Shown: positions 38,147-47,869 of the stretch, in pieces
Layout: each line of letters begins with the position of its first letter
How positions within the stretch are numbered: position 1 is the stretch's first letter
Source: Candidatus Heimdallarchaeota archaeon
GTDB lineage: Archaea; Asgardarchaeota; Heimdallarchaeia; Heimdallarchaeales; Heimdallarchaeaceae
Assembly: GCA_018238545.1 (NCBI GenBank)
Contig: JABCTC010000013.1
Span: 1,719-65,718 of the forward strand
Direction: 5' to 3'
DNA: 64,000 nucleotides
The notes under the pieces: model-generated
What the model was told of the DNA's origin: nothing
Databases searched by the model: none
Seen by the model: the letters and a program-made list of their open reading frames with translations, nothing else
Program-made: the position numbers and the translations under genes

Positions 38147-41100
38147 TTTTCATTTCACCTACTTCTATTTTATCTACTATTTTTAATAATGCACGTAATC
38201 CGGAATTGAAGTCATTTTCTGTAATTTCTTCATGTCCGTATCGTGCTTTTTCGAAATACGAGAGAAGTGTGTACATTATCTCTCGTTCAATTTTACCTTT
38301 TTCTGAAAGCAATCGCGAAAACTCCCAAGGAGTTTGACTCTTATATCTTGGTAAGTCGAAGAATTCTCGACCAATACCTTCTACCACTGTCCAAGTTTTT
38401 AGTAACCCTTCTTGATATCTTCCTTCCAATCCGTCTCTTTTAATATCTTCTATTATCTCTTTTAGATAATCACGTAATCGTCTTCTGAAAGTTTGTTTCT
38501 TTGCATAAGTTTGCAGAGAGTGTCTATTAAACCACAAGAAAAGAAGTGCTACAACTGCCACAATACCTCCTATAACACCTCCAATTATTGCTCCAATACT
38601 ACCTGTTATTCCCCCTGGCGGAGGAGCTGTAGGACTAGCATTGATAATAACTAAATTCACTGGAGTTGTGGATCTTGAATTTTCAACAGCATCCACTGCT
38701 TCAATATTATATTCCAAATTATAATTACCATAATCGGGTAGTTCTATATCTGAGAGATCAAATGTTGCTTCAAATACATCAGAGACTCCAACGCGGGTCA
38801 TAGTGATATCATAATCTACTTCATTGTAAGTAATATGTAATATCACCTCAGATACTGAAGTAAGAATATCTGTCACTGTTGCAGAGAATTCAAGTGTCGT
38901 ATCAGGGGTTATATATGAGATGTTTCCCGCTACAGCTACATTACTAATAGATGGTGCATCATTATCAACAGCTTGCACAGTCTGCATTGGACCCGTGAGA
39001 GAATTTTTTGTTGGTATTGCCGTATCATAGGCAATATAATACCACTCATAGTGGTAATTATACTGAAGCGTAAGTTGATAGAACCATTCATTGGTACTGG
39101 GAACATTTATCATCGAAGCCACTATATAATCGGTCTGATTTTCAAGTGTAACTAAATTGTGACTATTAACATGGAGTGTGACATTGTACATACCGCTCCA
39201 AACAATACTATCATTGATGAATACGGTAATGTTGATATACGGGGTTAGGGGGTTGCCAGAGGGGATAATAGTCGGCACTTGCTCCTCAAATGGTTCAACA
39301 AAATCTCCTAACTGGAATTCATTGGGAGAAGATTGTGAATATAATAAGCCTTCCCAACCAAAGTTAGCATCATAGTAAAGAGGAACAACAGTCTGTTTAG
39401 CACCGAATTCATCTAGTCCATGACCTGCGAAATCTATTATTTTAATATAATATAAGACATAATATTTTGATTCTGAAACTGTAGCATTGAGAATACCTCT
39501 GTACTGATCCCCACCAACATGCCATAGCGCAAAAGATTGCCACCCACCAATTGATGTGTTACCTACAGGTTCTAAATACTCAAAGAAAAACTCAACTGAT
39601 CTAATTCCTGTTCCAACATCAGTAACATAAATATCAAATTGAATATTGAAATATGGATCGTGAATTCCCGGATCGTAAGGATCAGGTGTTACAACCTCAC
39701 CTGTAACAATAGGTACGTTGTTATCTGGTCCATAAATATCTAGTGTATGAGTTATGGTAGTAGCTGGGGCATAATCACCACCAGAAGCTACTAACGACAG
39801 ACCTGGATATGCATGAGTGTCCTGAAGTATTGTTAGAAAATTAAGGGCAGTAAAATCAACCCAATTCTTCGTTGAAGTGATTAGGAGATTGGATGTTTCA
39901 ACATCGCCACCATTTGTAAGTGTAAGGAAAATATTAACCTTTTCTGGTAATCTTAACCATTGGTCAGTAACCGTCAGAGTATAATTGTGAGTTGCATCAA
40001 GAGCTCCCCAGAAAGTACTGTTAAATACAGTAGATGTTGTGCCATCTAAAATATTTGCTCCACTAGGATCTGTTAGAGTTAATATTAGTGCAAAATAAGT
40101 GTTGAACACAGAATTATTTAAAGCTCCAGCAGCAACAGCATAACGGTAATCTGCTCCTGAAACAGCTAGAGCTGTAACAGTTATTGTTTTTGTTTGTGTC
40201 TCATTAGTAGAATAATCTGGAATGACAGTTTCAATGTGTCTGGATCCTGTTGCAACAGAATAAGGTTGAACGATTGAATCAGGGAAGTTCAGTTGGAAAC
40301 TAGAAGATTGAGCAACATTGCTATATTCGTCATATAATGCAACGGTATAACCTATAGTATTCCCAGTTGTATAATATCTCACATTATCATCCAAATCCAG
40401 ATCAATTCTAGTTATATTAACTGCCAAATGTCCTTCTAAACTATCATGAGTTAAAGTTGATCCAACAAATTCATCTCCGTTAGGATCTATTAAGAAACTA
40501 AACAGTAACGCATCTGTTATGTCAGATATGTTGTTACCATCAAAGTAAAATGTGTCTTGAATCTCAGCAGTAGGATTAGATGTTACATAATCATTTGTAT
40601 AAATGGTCCCCTCACCTGCTCCAGAGATTGTTAATCTGATAGTTGAATCAGGTTCTAAGCCCGATTGTGAAGTTAGATTTGCATAAACTGTAACATATGT
40701 ACCTCCAATGATTTCAGTTGGTATGTTTATTTTACTTGGTCCCACTATGAAGTAAGCATCAACAACTACTTGATTCTCTGTAGCATCTACAATAATTTCA
40801 TGGATCAACCTATCATTTTGAATGTCACTAGTTCCTTCGTCTGCAAAGAAATTAAATCCTAGTTGACTAATATCATAATACGCTTCATATGTGACACCAT
40901 CAACTAAAACAGGGGCAGTATTTGTATACAGGTCTTGATTAGAGGCAAATGTTCTGTTAGTATCAATATGCGTGCCATCAGCGTCCCAGTTGACCTTAAG
41001 AGTGTATTCTGTTCCAGTTGGATCTATAACTGTATCATTATCAAATAAAATGCGAGTGTTAAATGAATAAGAGGCGCTTGGATTTGTAACATCAACAGTT

Positions 41101-41813
41101 ACATCTAATTTAATTTGACCGAAATAAAATACATTTACGTCTCCTGGGCTTCCGGCTCCTCTTCCCATACCTGGGTTACCATAAAACCAAGCAAGAAGGG
41201 TAATTTCTCCAATTTTAGAGAAGGGGTCTATAGAAAGAGCAGAAGTAGTTAATGCAATGGAAAATTGACCTAATGCATTAGTTGAAGCGCTTCCAACCTG
41301 ATATTGAGGTGTTTCATAGGTTGCAGGACTAGCAATAAATTGACTTTCAGTAACATTGTAGAAAAGCCAAACAGTTTCACCGTTCCAGTAATCTCCTACA
41401 ACAATACCTTGCAAAACACCCTCTACATTAATGAGAGTATCTCTAAAAATATACGCAGATGGTGTTGGAGATGTTATACTTTTCATTATAGTTGGCATGG
41501 TTTGAATTTCTGTGTCAACACCTTGAACAGTTAAATCACTGTTTTTAGGGGAATAAATTATTTTGTTTTCAGATTCAATTTCTGGTTGAACAGAATCTTC
41601 AGCAATGTCTGGAAAATACTCATACCTAGTTGGTGCATAAGTATTGTCAACAATAGTTTGTGACCCTTGCCCAAATATATAATTTGGAGAGTTAATCTCA
41701 CAATTTTGGTTGTCCAAAGTATTTTGTGTTTGAACTATAACCGCAGTAGACATCTGCATGATGAGTATTAGAAAGAAAATCATCCCTGTTAGTTTTGTTT
41801 TAATACTCTTCAT
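38136..41813 (-). CDS. giant (1225 aa) surface protein: signal peptide, large extracellular beta-rich region, single TM, cytoplasmic DUF4129-like tail
   Basis: N-terminal signal. TM GAIIGGVIGGIVAVVALLFLWF near the C-terminus, followed by ...LSYFEKARYGHEEITENDF (DUF4129-like). ATGA overlap with the upstream gene. Confidence 0.65.
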   Translation of the reverse strand: MKSIKTKLTGMIFFLILIMQMSTAVIVQTQNTLDNQNCEINSPNYIFGQGSQTIVDNTYAPTRYEYFPDIAEDSVQPEIESENKIIYSPKNSDLTVQGVDTEIQTMPTIMKSITSPTPSAYIFRDTLINVEGVLQGIVVGDYWNGETVWLFYNVTESQFIASPATYETPQYQVGSASTNALGQFSIALTTSALSIDPFSKIGEITLLAWFYGNPGMGRGAGSPGDVNVFYFGQIKLDVTVDVTNPSASYSFNTRILFDNDTVIDPTGTEYTLKVNWDADGTHIDTNRTFASNQDLYTNTAPVLVDGVTYEAYYDISQLGFNFFADEGTSDIQNDRLIHEIIVDATENQVVVDAYFIVGPSKINIPTEIIGGTYVTVYANLTSQSGLEPDSTIRLTISGAGEGTIYTNDYVTSNPTAEIQDTFYFDGNNISDITDALLFSFLIDPNGDEFVGSTLTHDSLEGHLAVNITRIDLDLDDNVRYYTTGNTIGYTVALYDEYSNVAQSSSFQLNFPDSIVQPYSVATGSRHIETVIPDYSTNETQTKTITVTALAVSGADYRYAVAAGALNNSVFNTYFALILTLTDPSGANILDGTTSTVFNSTFWGALDATHNYTLTVTDQWLRLPEKVNIFLTLTNGGDVETSNLLITSTKNWVDFTALNFLTILQDTHAYPGLSLVASGGDYAPATTITHTLDIYGPDNNVPIVTGEVVTPDPYDPGIHDPYFNIQFDIYVTDVGTGIRSVEFFFEYLEPVGNTSIGGWQSFALWHVGGDQYRGILNATVSESKYYVLYYIKIIDFAGHGLDEFGAKQTVVPLYYDANFGWEGLLYSQSSPNEFQLGDFVEPFEEQVPTIIPSGNPLTPYINITVFINDSIVWSGMYNVTLHVNSHNLVTLENQTDYIVASMINVPSTNEWFYQLTLQYNYHYEWYYIAYDTAIPTKNSLTGPMQTVQAVDNDAPSISNVAVAGNISYITPDTTLEFSATVTDILTSVSEVILHITYNEVDYDITMTRVGVSDVFEATFDLSDIELPDYGNYNLEYNIEAVDAVENSRSTTPVNLVIINASPTAPPPGGITGSIGAIIGGVIGGIVAVVALLFLWFNRHSLQTYAKKQTFRRRLRDYLKEIIEDIKRDGLEGRYQEGLLKTWTVVEGIGREFFDLPRYKSQTPWEFSRLLSEKGKIEREIMYTLLSYFEKARYGHEEITENDFNSGLRALLKIVDKIEVGEMKIES

Positions 41814-44800
41814 AGATAATATCGCTCCTTAATTGTAGCAAAATTGTGATTACACGTTTGAATAGTAATGTAAACTATTGACTGTAAGATTATTGATAAT
41901 GATAACATGTTCTCAATATTAGTTATACTAATTACCGAGAAACTAATGCTCATATGTATAGGATCACTGCGAATCTGATTCATAGCTACAGCAAAACTTG
42001 CTGGAGGAGTTGAAATGAAAACAGATGCAGATGCATTCCATCTATCTAAATAGAAAGTTAAGAAGACAAATGATCCCGCCCCATGGTTTCTAGCATCAAT
42101 TACTATTGTAGTATTAACAAAACCACTTGCATCTGTCACTCCATTATACATTATTTTGTTATATGGGATAGAAGCGTTCAAAGTAGATGCAAGCTCAGAT
42201 TTATAGGTTGCTACATCCTTAACACCTGTATATGCCTCATAATCTGATTCTTGTATGAACCATACTTCTATTGCTTCTCCATCTATTGCTGTTGGAGCAC
42301 CCAATGGAGGTTGCATGTAAAGAAAGAAATCAAAACCTTCCCACAAGAAATATCCATCGACACCCACATCAAGAAATGTATCATTTAACGTTGTATCAGA
42401 TCTTAGATAATCGATTAGTAACATAACTGAAAATGTATAATTCTGACCATAATTTGCAACTAAGTAGTACGTTGTATCTTCGGGTAAGGCAAAATAATCT
42501 GTTATTCCATCATTTGAATATACTGTTGATGTCCCACCACCATTGGTTAAGCCATCACCAATTTTAGTAACATCTTCAGGACCAATTATACCTAATTGCA
42601 ACTGTTGAAGCTCATCAGCCGTTAAAATATAATAAGACACATATCTTCCAGATAAGGGCGTTATTAACCCGGGTTCTGCGTAAAGAGTTGTGCTTAAAGA
42701 ATACGTGAACCCTCTTTGAGCAATATAATAATTATAAAATGTTCCAGGGTCTTCTGGACTCGGTAAGTATTGTGTTGTTGCATTCATCGAAACAGATGTC
42801 AAATACCCCTCAGGGAGAATTATGAACCCTGTACCATTCAAAGAAGTAAAACTAACATATGCAAAAACTATATACGTTGTACTATCCGGATCAGAAGGAT
42901 TAAACACTGGATATGCCGTGCTATTAAATGTTGGATATACTTCTGCTCTTCCAATCACATTTGTTGCTTCTTCTCCCAAATTATCAGCGATATCAAGAAG
43001 TTGGGCTGGATTGGATTGATAAGTTTGATAATCTGCAGAGGTCACCGCTTTGAAATTAACTATAGCTCCATCTACAGGAGAACCTTCACTTGAAATATCT
43101 GCTCTTACTACATATTGTAGATTATCTATAACATACACTTCATCGCTCCCCACAACTTGCGTTGGAAGATTATTGTATGTTGGATACTCATACATCGATA
43201 CATCTACATCATAAGAAGTATAGAGAGTATTTTCACAATAAACCAGATCACTTCCACTAGGATAGGGACCTACTTGAAATTGTCCCCAACGGTATACAGG
43301 GTCAATACCACCTTCATCTATAGGAAGGAGAGCTTCTATCCAACCATAAAGATTAGCAAATGTCAATGTTCTATTATTTGGGTCTCCACCATTTGGGCTA
43401 CCTATAGCAAATCCAAAAACAGGTCTTGCAGGGATTCCATTCAAACGCATAGCCATAACAGCTAAAGAAAGAAAAGCAGAGATTGAGAAATCTGTTCTTT
43501 CAGTAAGAAGTTGTGCTCTATCCCTACCCCCATTGTCAGTTTGGTCAGCTGTGGGTGTTCCATAATCAAGTAACATCTTGTCAATTATGTAAGCAGCACG
43601 TTCATAATATGTATGGCCTGCAGGAGTTGATACATCGTCGACATCATTTGCGAACTTTATAACACCAGAAGAAGTTGTGTCATAATTTGTAGGAATTTGG
43701 AGAAATCTTTGAACCGCTGTATCAGTAGCGTAACCGGGAACATAAGCATCTGTACAATCATTAATTATTGTTTGAGTATCATCTTGAACAAAATAAGTTG
43801 AATAGTGATATGTACCAACATAACCTAATATTTCAGCTGCAGATTGTAGTAATAATTGATCTCTTAGTGTATAAACAATATCTGTTGAACCATCCACTGC
43901 TACATTTGTACCGTTTTCATCAAATAGGTAATCATCCCAATCTGTGCTGGAACTTCCTGTATCAAGAGAATATTCACTAAGATGAGGATAATTATATGAA
44001 CTCCAAGTTGTAAGTAATGGAGTGGTAACTGTTGTAGTAGCGGAATAGGCTAATTGCTTGATATCCATACCAATCGCCGTGGGACCTGGTGGTCCATAAT
44101 CCGAACCATCTTGGAGGGCATTAGTTACAGCGTCGTTTGAGATGAATTCCCACGTTGTAGAATCGTAATAATCGTGAACCTCCCACCTATAAAGGAAATC
44201 ACCTAAATCACCATTCGAACCATCCGTAAAAACTTCCGCCATCTCTTGATTAGCGAAACTATCATTGAAATCTAGAGCATCTAAAAGATCCAGTAAACCA
44301 TCAATGTAAAAGGGAGCAGAACCTTGGAAATTCGCATTGAACCAATCAGGATCAATAAGTTGTTCATCAATAACTCCTGGAGGTAAGTCACGATATTTAT
44401 CTAACATGCTCAGATAAGGACCCATGAATGACATCAAGAGAATATAAATTGTAAAACCTGTAAAGAGAATCCTCCAGACATTATGTCTAGAATGCCATTT
44501 AAAAAGTACAAATGGCCAAGATATTATGGGGAGGAGTATATACAAAAAGAGTGCAGCAATAATTCGCAAAGCTGTAGGTTTGAATTCAACCCTATAAGTT
44601 TCAAACGCTGTTAGCAATAAAAATATGTTTACTCCAATCGCTATATAAAACAGAGTTGATGTTACAAAGGTAGGTAATCCTGCAATCTGTAAATCACTAA
44701 AAATAAATGTCATTACGATTGTAGCTACTAATGATGCACCAAAAATAATTGTAAAAACAATATTTACTGGTTTGATCTTTTTTTCTGCCATCATTTCTGT

Positions 44801-44917
44801 AGCAAACTTACCTTGCTTTTTCTTTAGTTTTCTCTGCTTGGGGACAACGGCAGCTCGTGTCTTCAGTTTACTACCACTCTTTAGTTGCTTAACTTTTGTT
44901 GATTTTTTCTCAGACAT
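41810..44917 (-). CDS. transglutaminase-like (DUF3488-type) membrane protein, probable pseudo-enzyme
   Basis: Basic N-terminus + ~6 TM. Core region TDFSISAFLSLAVMAMRLNGIPARPVFGF...NLYGWIEALLP aligns with TGase GxCxxFAxxxxxLLRxxGIPAR...GHAWVEVYLP, but with Cys->Ser and His->Tyr. Confidence 0.6.
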   Translation of the reverse strand: MSEKKSTKVKQLKSGSKLKTRAAVVPKQRKLKKKQGKFATEMMAEKKIKPVNIVFTIIFGASLVATIVMTFIFSDLQIAGLPTFVTSTLFYIAIGVNIFLLLTAFETYRVEFKPTALRIIAALFLYILLPIISWPFVLFKWHSRHNVWRILFTGFTIYILLMSFMGPYLSMLDKYRDLPPGVIDEQLIDPDWFNANFQGSAPFYIDGLLDLLDALDFNDSFANQEMAEVFTDGSNGDLGDFLYRWEVHDYYDSTTWEFISNDAVTNALQDGSDYGPPGPTAIGMDIKQLAYSATTTVTTPLLTTWSSYNYPHLSEYSLDTGSSSTDWDDYLFDENGTNVAVDGSTDIVYTLRDQLLLQSAAEILGYVGTYHYSTYFVQDDTQTIINDCTDAYVPGYATDTAVQRFLQIPTNYDTTSSGVIKFANDVDDVSTPAGHTYYERAAYIIDKMLLDYGTPTADQTDNGGRDRAQLLTERTDFSISAFLSLAVMAMRLNGIPARPVFGFAIGSPNGGDPNNRTLTFANLYGWIEALLPIDEGGIDPVYRWGQFQVGPYPSGSDLVYCENTLYTSYDVDVSMYEYPTYNNLPTQVVGSDEVYVIDNLQYVVRADISSEGSPVDGAIVNFKAVTSADYQTYQSNPAQLLDIADNLGEEATNVIGRAEVYPTFNSTAYPVFNPSDPDSTTYIVFAYVSFTSLNGTGFIILPEGYLTSVSMNATTQYLPSPEDPGTFYNYYIAQRGFTYSLSTTLYAEPGLITPLSGRYVSYYILTADELQQLQLGIIGPEDVTKIGDGLTNGGGTSTVYSNDGITDYFALPEDTTYYLVANYGQNYTFSVMLLIDYLRSDTTLNDTFLDVGVDGYFLWEGFDFFLYMQPPLGAPTAIDGEAIEVWFIQESDYEAYTGVKDVATYKSELASTLNASIPYNKIMYNGVTDASGFVNTTIVIDARNHGAGSFVFLTFYLDRWNASASVFISTPPASFAVAMNQIRSDPIHMSISFSVISITNIENMLSLSIILQSIVYITIQTCNHNFATIKERYYL

Positions 44918-45242
44918 GGTTTTTCCTCATGCTAATAGAAGGTTTACTGCACACCAGATGGTTACCCTATTAACGTTATACAACCACTTTATTCAAAAAC
45001 TTTTTGTGATATGTAATGACATTATTTCTGCAAGACATAAAAAGAAAGATAGTTTTTCTGATCATCGATTTCTTTAACTTAATATAATTTGATTTTAAAT
45101 TATTACTATTATAATATCACAATAGTATAATAACAGCTAGAGTTAACTTCAAAAACGGATGTCATACATTCATTAAAAAACAAGTTGAAAATAGTTTCAT
45201 TTAGTACTATAATAATTATAATATTAGTAAAGTAAAACTAAG

Positions 45243-47030
45243 GTGATCATCATCCAAGTTAAATTAATTTCTTACCCTGAAGAAGCAGAGTTAATAGCAA
45301 AAATGGCCGGGTTAATATGCTATTCCGGCGAGAAGGTTTTCGAAGAGATAAAGGATAAAGCTGCCCTTAAAACTGATGAGTATCTTGAAGCAATAATAAA
45401 ATCTGGTCACTTATCAATATTAGAACACAATGTTTTTGTTTTCTATGTTACAGGAATAAGTAGAGCTTGCTACGATAAGAAAACGGAAGTATATACTAAG
45501 GATGGGTGGAAGTTCTTTGAGAATCTAAAGAAAGAAGATTTGTTTCTGACACGTGATATAAATGGATCTGTCGAGTTTCAAAGTGCAGAAAGATTCATTA
45601 AATACAAGTATCATGGAAAAATGCATCATTACACATCACAAAATTTCGATTTGGTTGTTACACCAGATCACAATCTACTCTTAAGGAGATACGAACTCAA
45701 AAAAGGTGAGAATAGAGAGTTTAAGCTACAAAAATCAAATGATTTTCCACAGCAGAGAATGACTATGGACAAAAGGATTCGTCATACTGTAGAAATGGAT
45801 GATTATTTTATAGTTAAGGGATACAACTATGTCAGAAAAAACAAAATAGGTAAGGATTATACAGTATCGACCCCAGATTTAATGCTAAAACGAAAGTACT
45901 TCATGCAGTTTTTAGCTTGGTATTTATCCGAAGGTAGCTTATATTACAATCCTAAAGAGAACAGTTACCGTATCGTAATATCCCAATCATCCGCAAAAAA
46001 GTCGAATCGTAAAGAAATTGAGGATGTAATTAGGAAATTAGGTTGTACTCCAACTATTTTACAAAATCAAATTGCTTTTAAAAATCAGACACTTGGAAAA
46101 TTTCTGAAGGTTCTAGGAAAAAGTTTTGAGAAATATATTCCTTTGAATTTGTTCGAAGAATTCAATGATAAATATGCAAAACTATTTTTGGAAACTTATG
46201 TTAAAGGGGATGGTACAAAAGAAAAAAATGGACATATGCGTATATATACAACTTCAACGAAGCTTGCGAATCAGATTCAAATCTTATGTTTCATAGCAGG
46301 GTATACGGGTAGCATCTGGATTGACGATAGAATAGGATTAAAAAGGACTATTGGGAAAATTCACTTTGAAAATAAGAGAATATGTTATATCGTTTCTATA
46401 TCCAAAGGAAAAAGAAATCGAACGCCTGTACTAAAGATGAACAAGCATTTCTCTGAAGTTTCCTATAATGATTATGTGTACTGTGTAGAAGTTCCTAAAT
46501 TTAACACATTATTTGTAAGAAGGAATGGATTAGCTATTTGGTGTGGTAATTGTTCTCATCAATTGGTAAGAAAGAGAATAGCTAGTTTTTCACAGCAATC
46601 ACAGAGATATGTTAATGCGGAAAATTTTGAATATATCATTCCAGACGAAATCAATAAGTCAACTTTTGGAGAAAGATATAAGGAAATTGTAAATCAAACT
46701 CATGAACTTTATCAAGAGATGGTTAACAATGGCGTTCCAAAAGAGGACGCGAGATACATTTTACCTAATGCAACTTCCACCCAGCTAATAGTTTCTATGA
46801 ATGGTCATTCACTAATTGATTTACTAGTAAGAAGGATTTGTGAAAGAAGCCAGTGGGAGATTCGTGAGTTAGCGGAGAGGATGTTAGAGGAAGTAAAAAA
46901 GGTTGCTCCAGCAATCTTCAAAAATCTTGGTGCATTTTGTGATTTCTATGGGTATTGCCCAGAAAATAGTCATTCGTGCGGAAGAATGCCTACAATAGAT
47001 GAATTAAAAGAAAAAGCTTCTCTTAAATAG
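45243..47030 (+). CDS. thyX: flavin-dependent thymidylate synthase ThyX, interrupted by an intein (GTG start)
   Basis: Exteins: LICYSGE, HLSILEHNVFVFYVTGISRA | CSHQLVRKRIASFSQQSQRY (ThyX RHR/SxxxSxR signature). Spliced product ~234 aa. Confidence 0.85.
   Translation: MIIIQVKLISYPEEAELIAKMAGLICYSGEKVFEEIKDKAALKTDEYLEAIIKSGHLSILEHNVFVFYVTGISRACYDKKTEVYTKDGWKFFENLKKEDLFLTRDINGSVEFQSAERFIKYKYHGKMHHYTSQNFDLVVTPDHNLLLRRYELKKGENREFKLQKSNDFPQQRMTMDKRIRHTVEMDDYFIVKGYNYVRKNKIGKDYTVSTPDLMLKRKYFMQFLAWYLSEGSLYYNPKENSYRIVISQSSAKKSNRKEIEDVIRKLGCTPTILQNQIAFKNQTLGKFLKVLGKSFEKYIPLNLFEEFNDKYAKLFLETYVKGDGTKEKNGHMRIYTTSTKLANQIQILCFIAGYTGSIWIDDRIGLKRTIGKIHFENKRICYIVSISKGKRNRTPVLKMNKHFSEVSYNDYVYCVEVPKFNTLFVRRNGLAIWCGNCSHQLVRKRIASFSQQSQRYVNAENFEYIIPDEINKSTFGERYKEIVNQTHELYQEMVNNGVPKEDARYILPNATSTQLIVSMNGHSLIDLLVRRICERSQWEIRELAERMLEEVKKVAPAIFKNLGAFCDFYGYCPENSHSCGRMPTIDELKEKASLK
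45468..46550 (+). mobile_element. intein (361 aa) with LAGLIDADG homing-endonuclease domain inside thyX
   Basis: Begins CYDKKTEVYTKDGW (Cys1, block A), ends ...NGLAIWCGN, followed by +1 Cys. Two LAGLIDADG-like motifs (FLAWYLSEGS, FLETYVKGDGT). Insertion splits the conserved ThyX SRA|xSHxLVR site. Confidence 0.75.
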
Positions 47031-47035
47031 TGTTA

Positions 47036-47869
47036 TCAACTGATGTTTTCGATGCCATCTTCAGTTGCTTCTGTATCAGAGTTTTTCTCTTGTTGTCGAT
47101 TATCTTGTGTATCCACATCCACAATCTTAGGTAGAATTGCGTTGGTTCTAATTAATAAAACAGAATATATTATGGCTACTAAGATCAAAGAAGGACGAAT
47201 TATATATTCAGCTAAGGAATCTTCAGGGATGAGATAAAAGATCATTAAAGCATAAAGGGCAGCAAGGGCAGCGAAAATAATCAATAGCATAAAGGGCCAC
47301 AACATCCTTCTAAATAATACAATCCATTTTTGCAATGTTTTTATTCCTTCAGGAGATATGTATTCAAAATCAGTTTTTATCAAATTGTCCTTATATTGCT
47401 GCACTTGTTCTCTTGTATACTTACTCCTTGTTTTTACAAATGGATGGTCTTGTTCTAAGTATTCCATATAATAAAATGTAGACAGAAAACGTAGACCTAT
47501 ACATAATCCTGCTAAGGATTGATATATTATGATATCAACTCTACCCAGAGTAGCGGGGAAAAACATTGAGTTTGGGTTAGCTAAAAGAAGAGATAATATT
47601 GTACCAAATATGAAGAAAAGTCCAAAAGTAACTTCAGAGGACAATTTCATTTGAGTTCCTTTGAAAAAATCTGTCATTAATATTACTACACCAAGAACCA
47701 ACCAAATTGCGAAGATGTAGATATTCAAACTAAAAGCTGATTGGATAATAATTAAACTGACAGCTAAAGCTCCGAAGAGATGATGGGCACCTGCGATGAA
47801 AGTGGAGCCTAGAGCTGTCAAAGAAGTTAGTTCCCAATCTTCTTCAAATACTTTATCTCTTATTCTCAT
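47036..47869 (-). CDS. polytopic membrane protein (last gene of operon B; SpoIIM/DUF95-like candidate)
   Basis: 6-7 TM helices. 4-nt overlap with the upstream DUF58 gene. Confidence 0.5.
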   Translation of the reverse strand: MRIRDKVFEEDWELTSLTALGSTFIAGAHHLFGALAVSLIIIQSAFSLNIYIFAIWLVLGVVILMTDFFKGTQMKLSSEVTFGLFFIFGTILSLLLANPNSMFFPATLGRVDIIIYQSLAGLCIGLRFLSTFYYMEYLEQDHPFVKTRSKYTREQVQQYKDNLIKTDFEYISPEGIKTLQKWIVLFRRMLWPFMLLIIFAALAALYALMIFYLIPEDSLAEYIIRPSLILVAIIYSVLLIRTNAILPKIVDVDTQDNRQQEKNSDTEATEDGIENIS

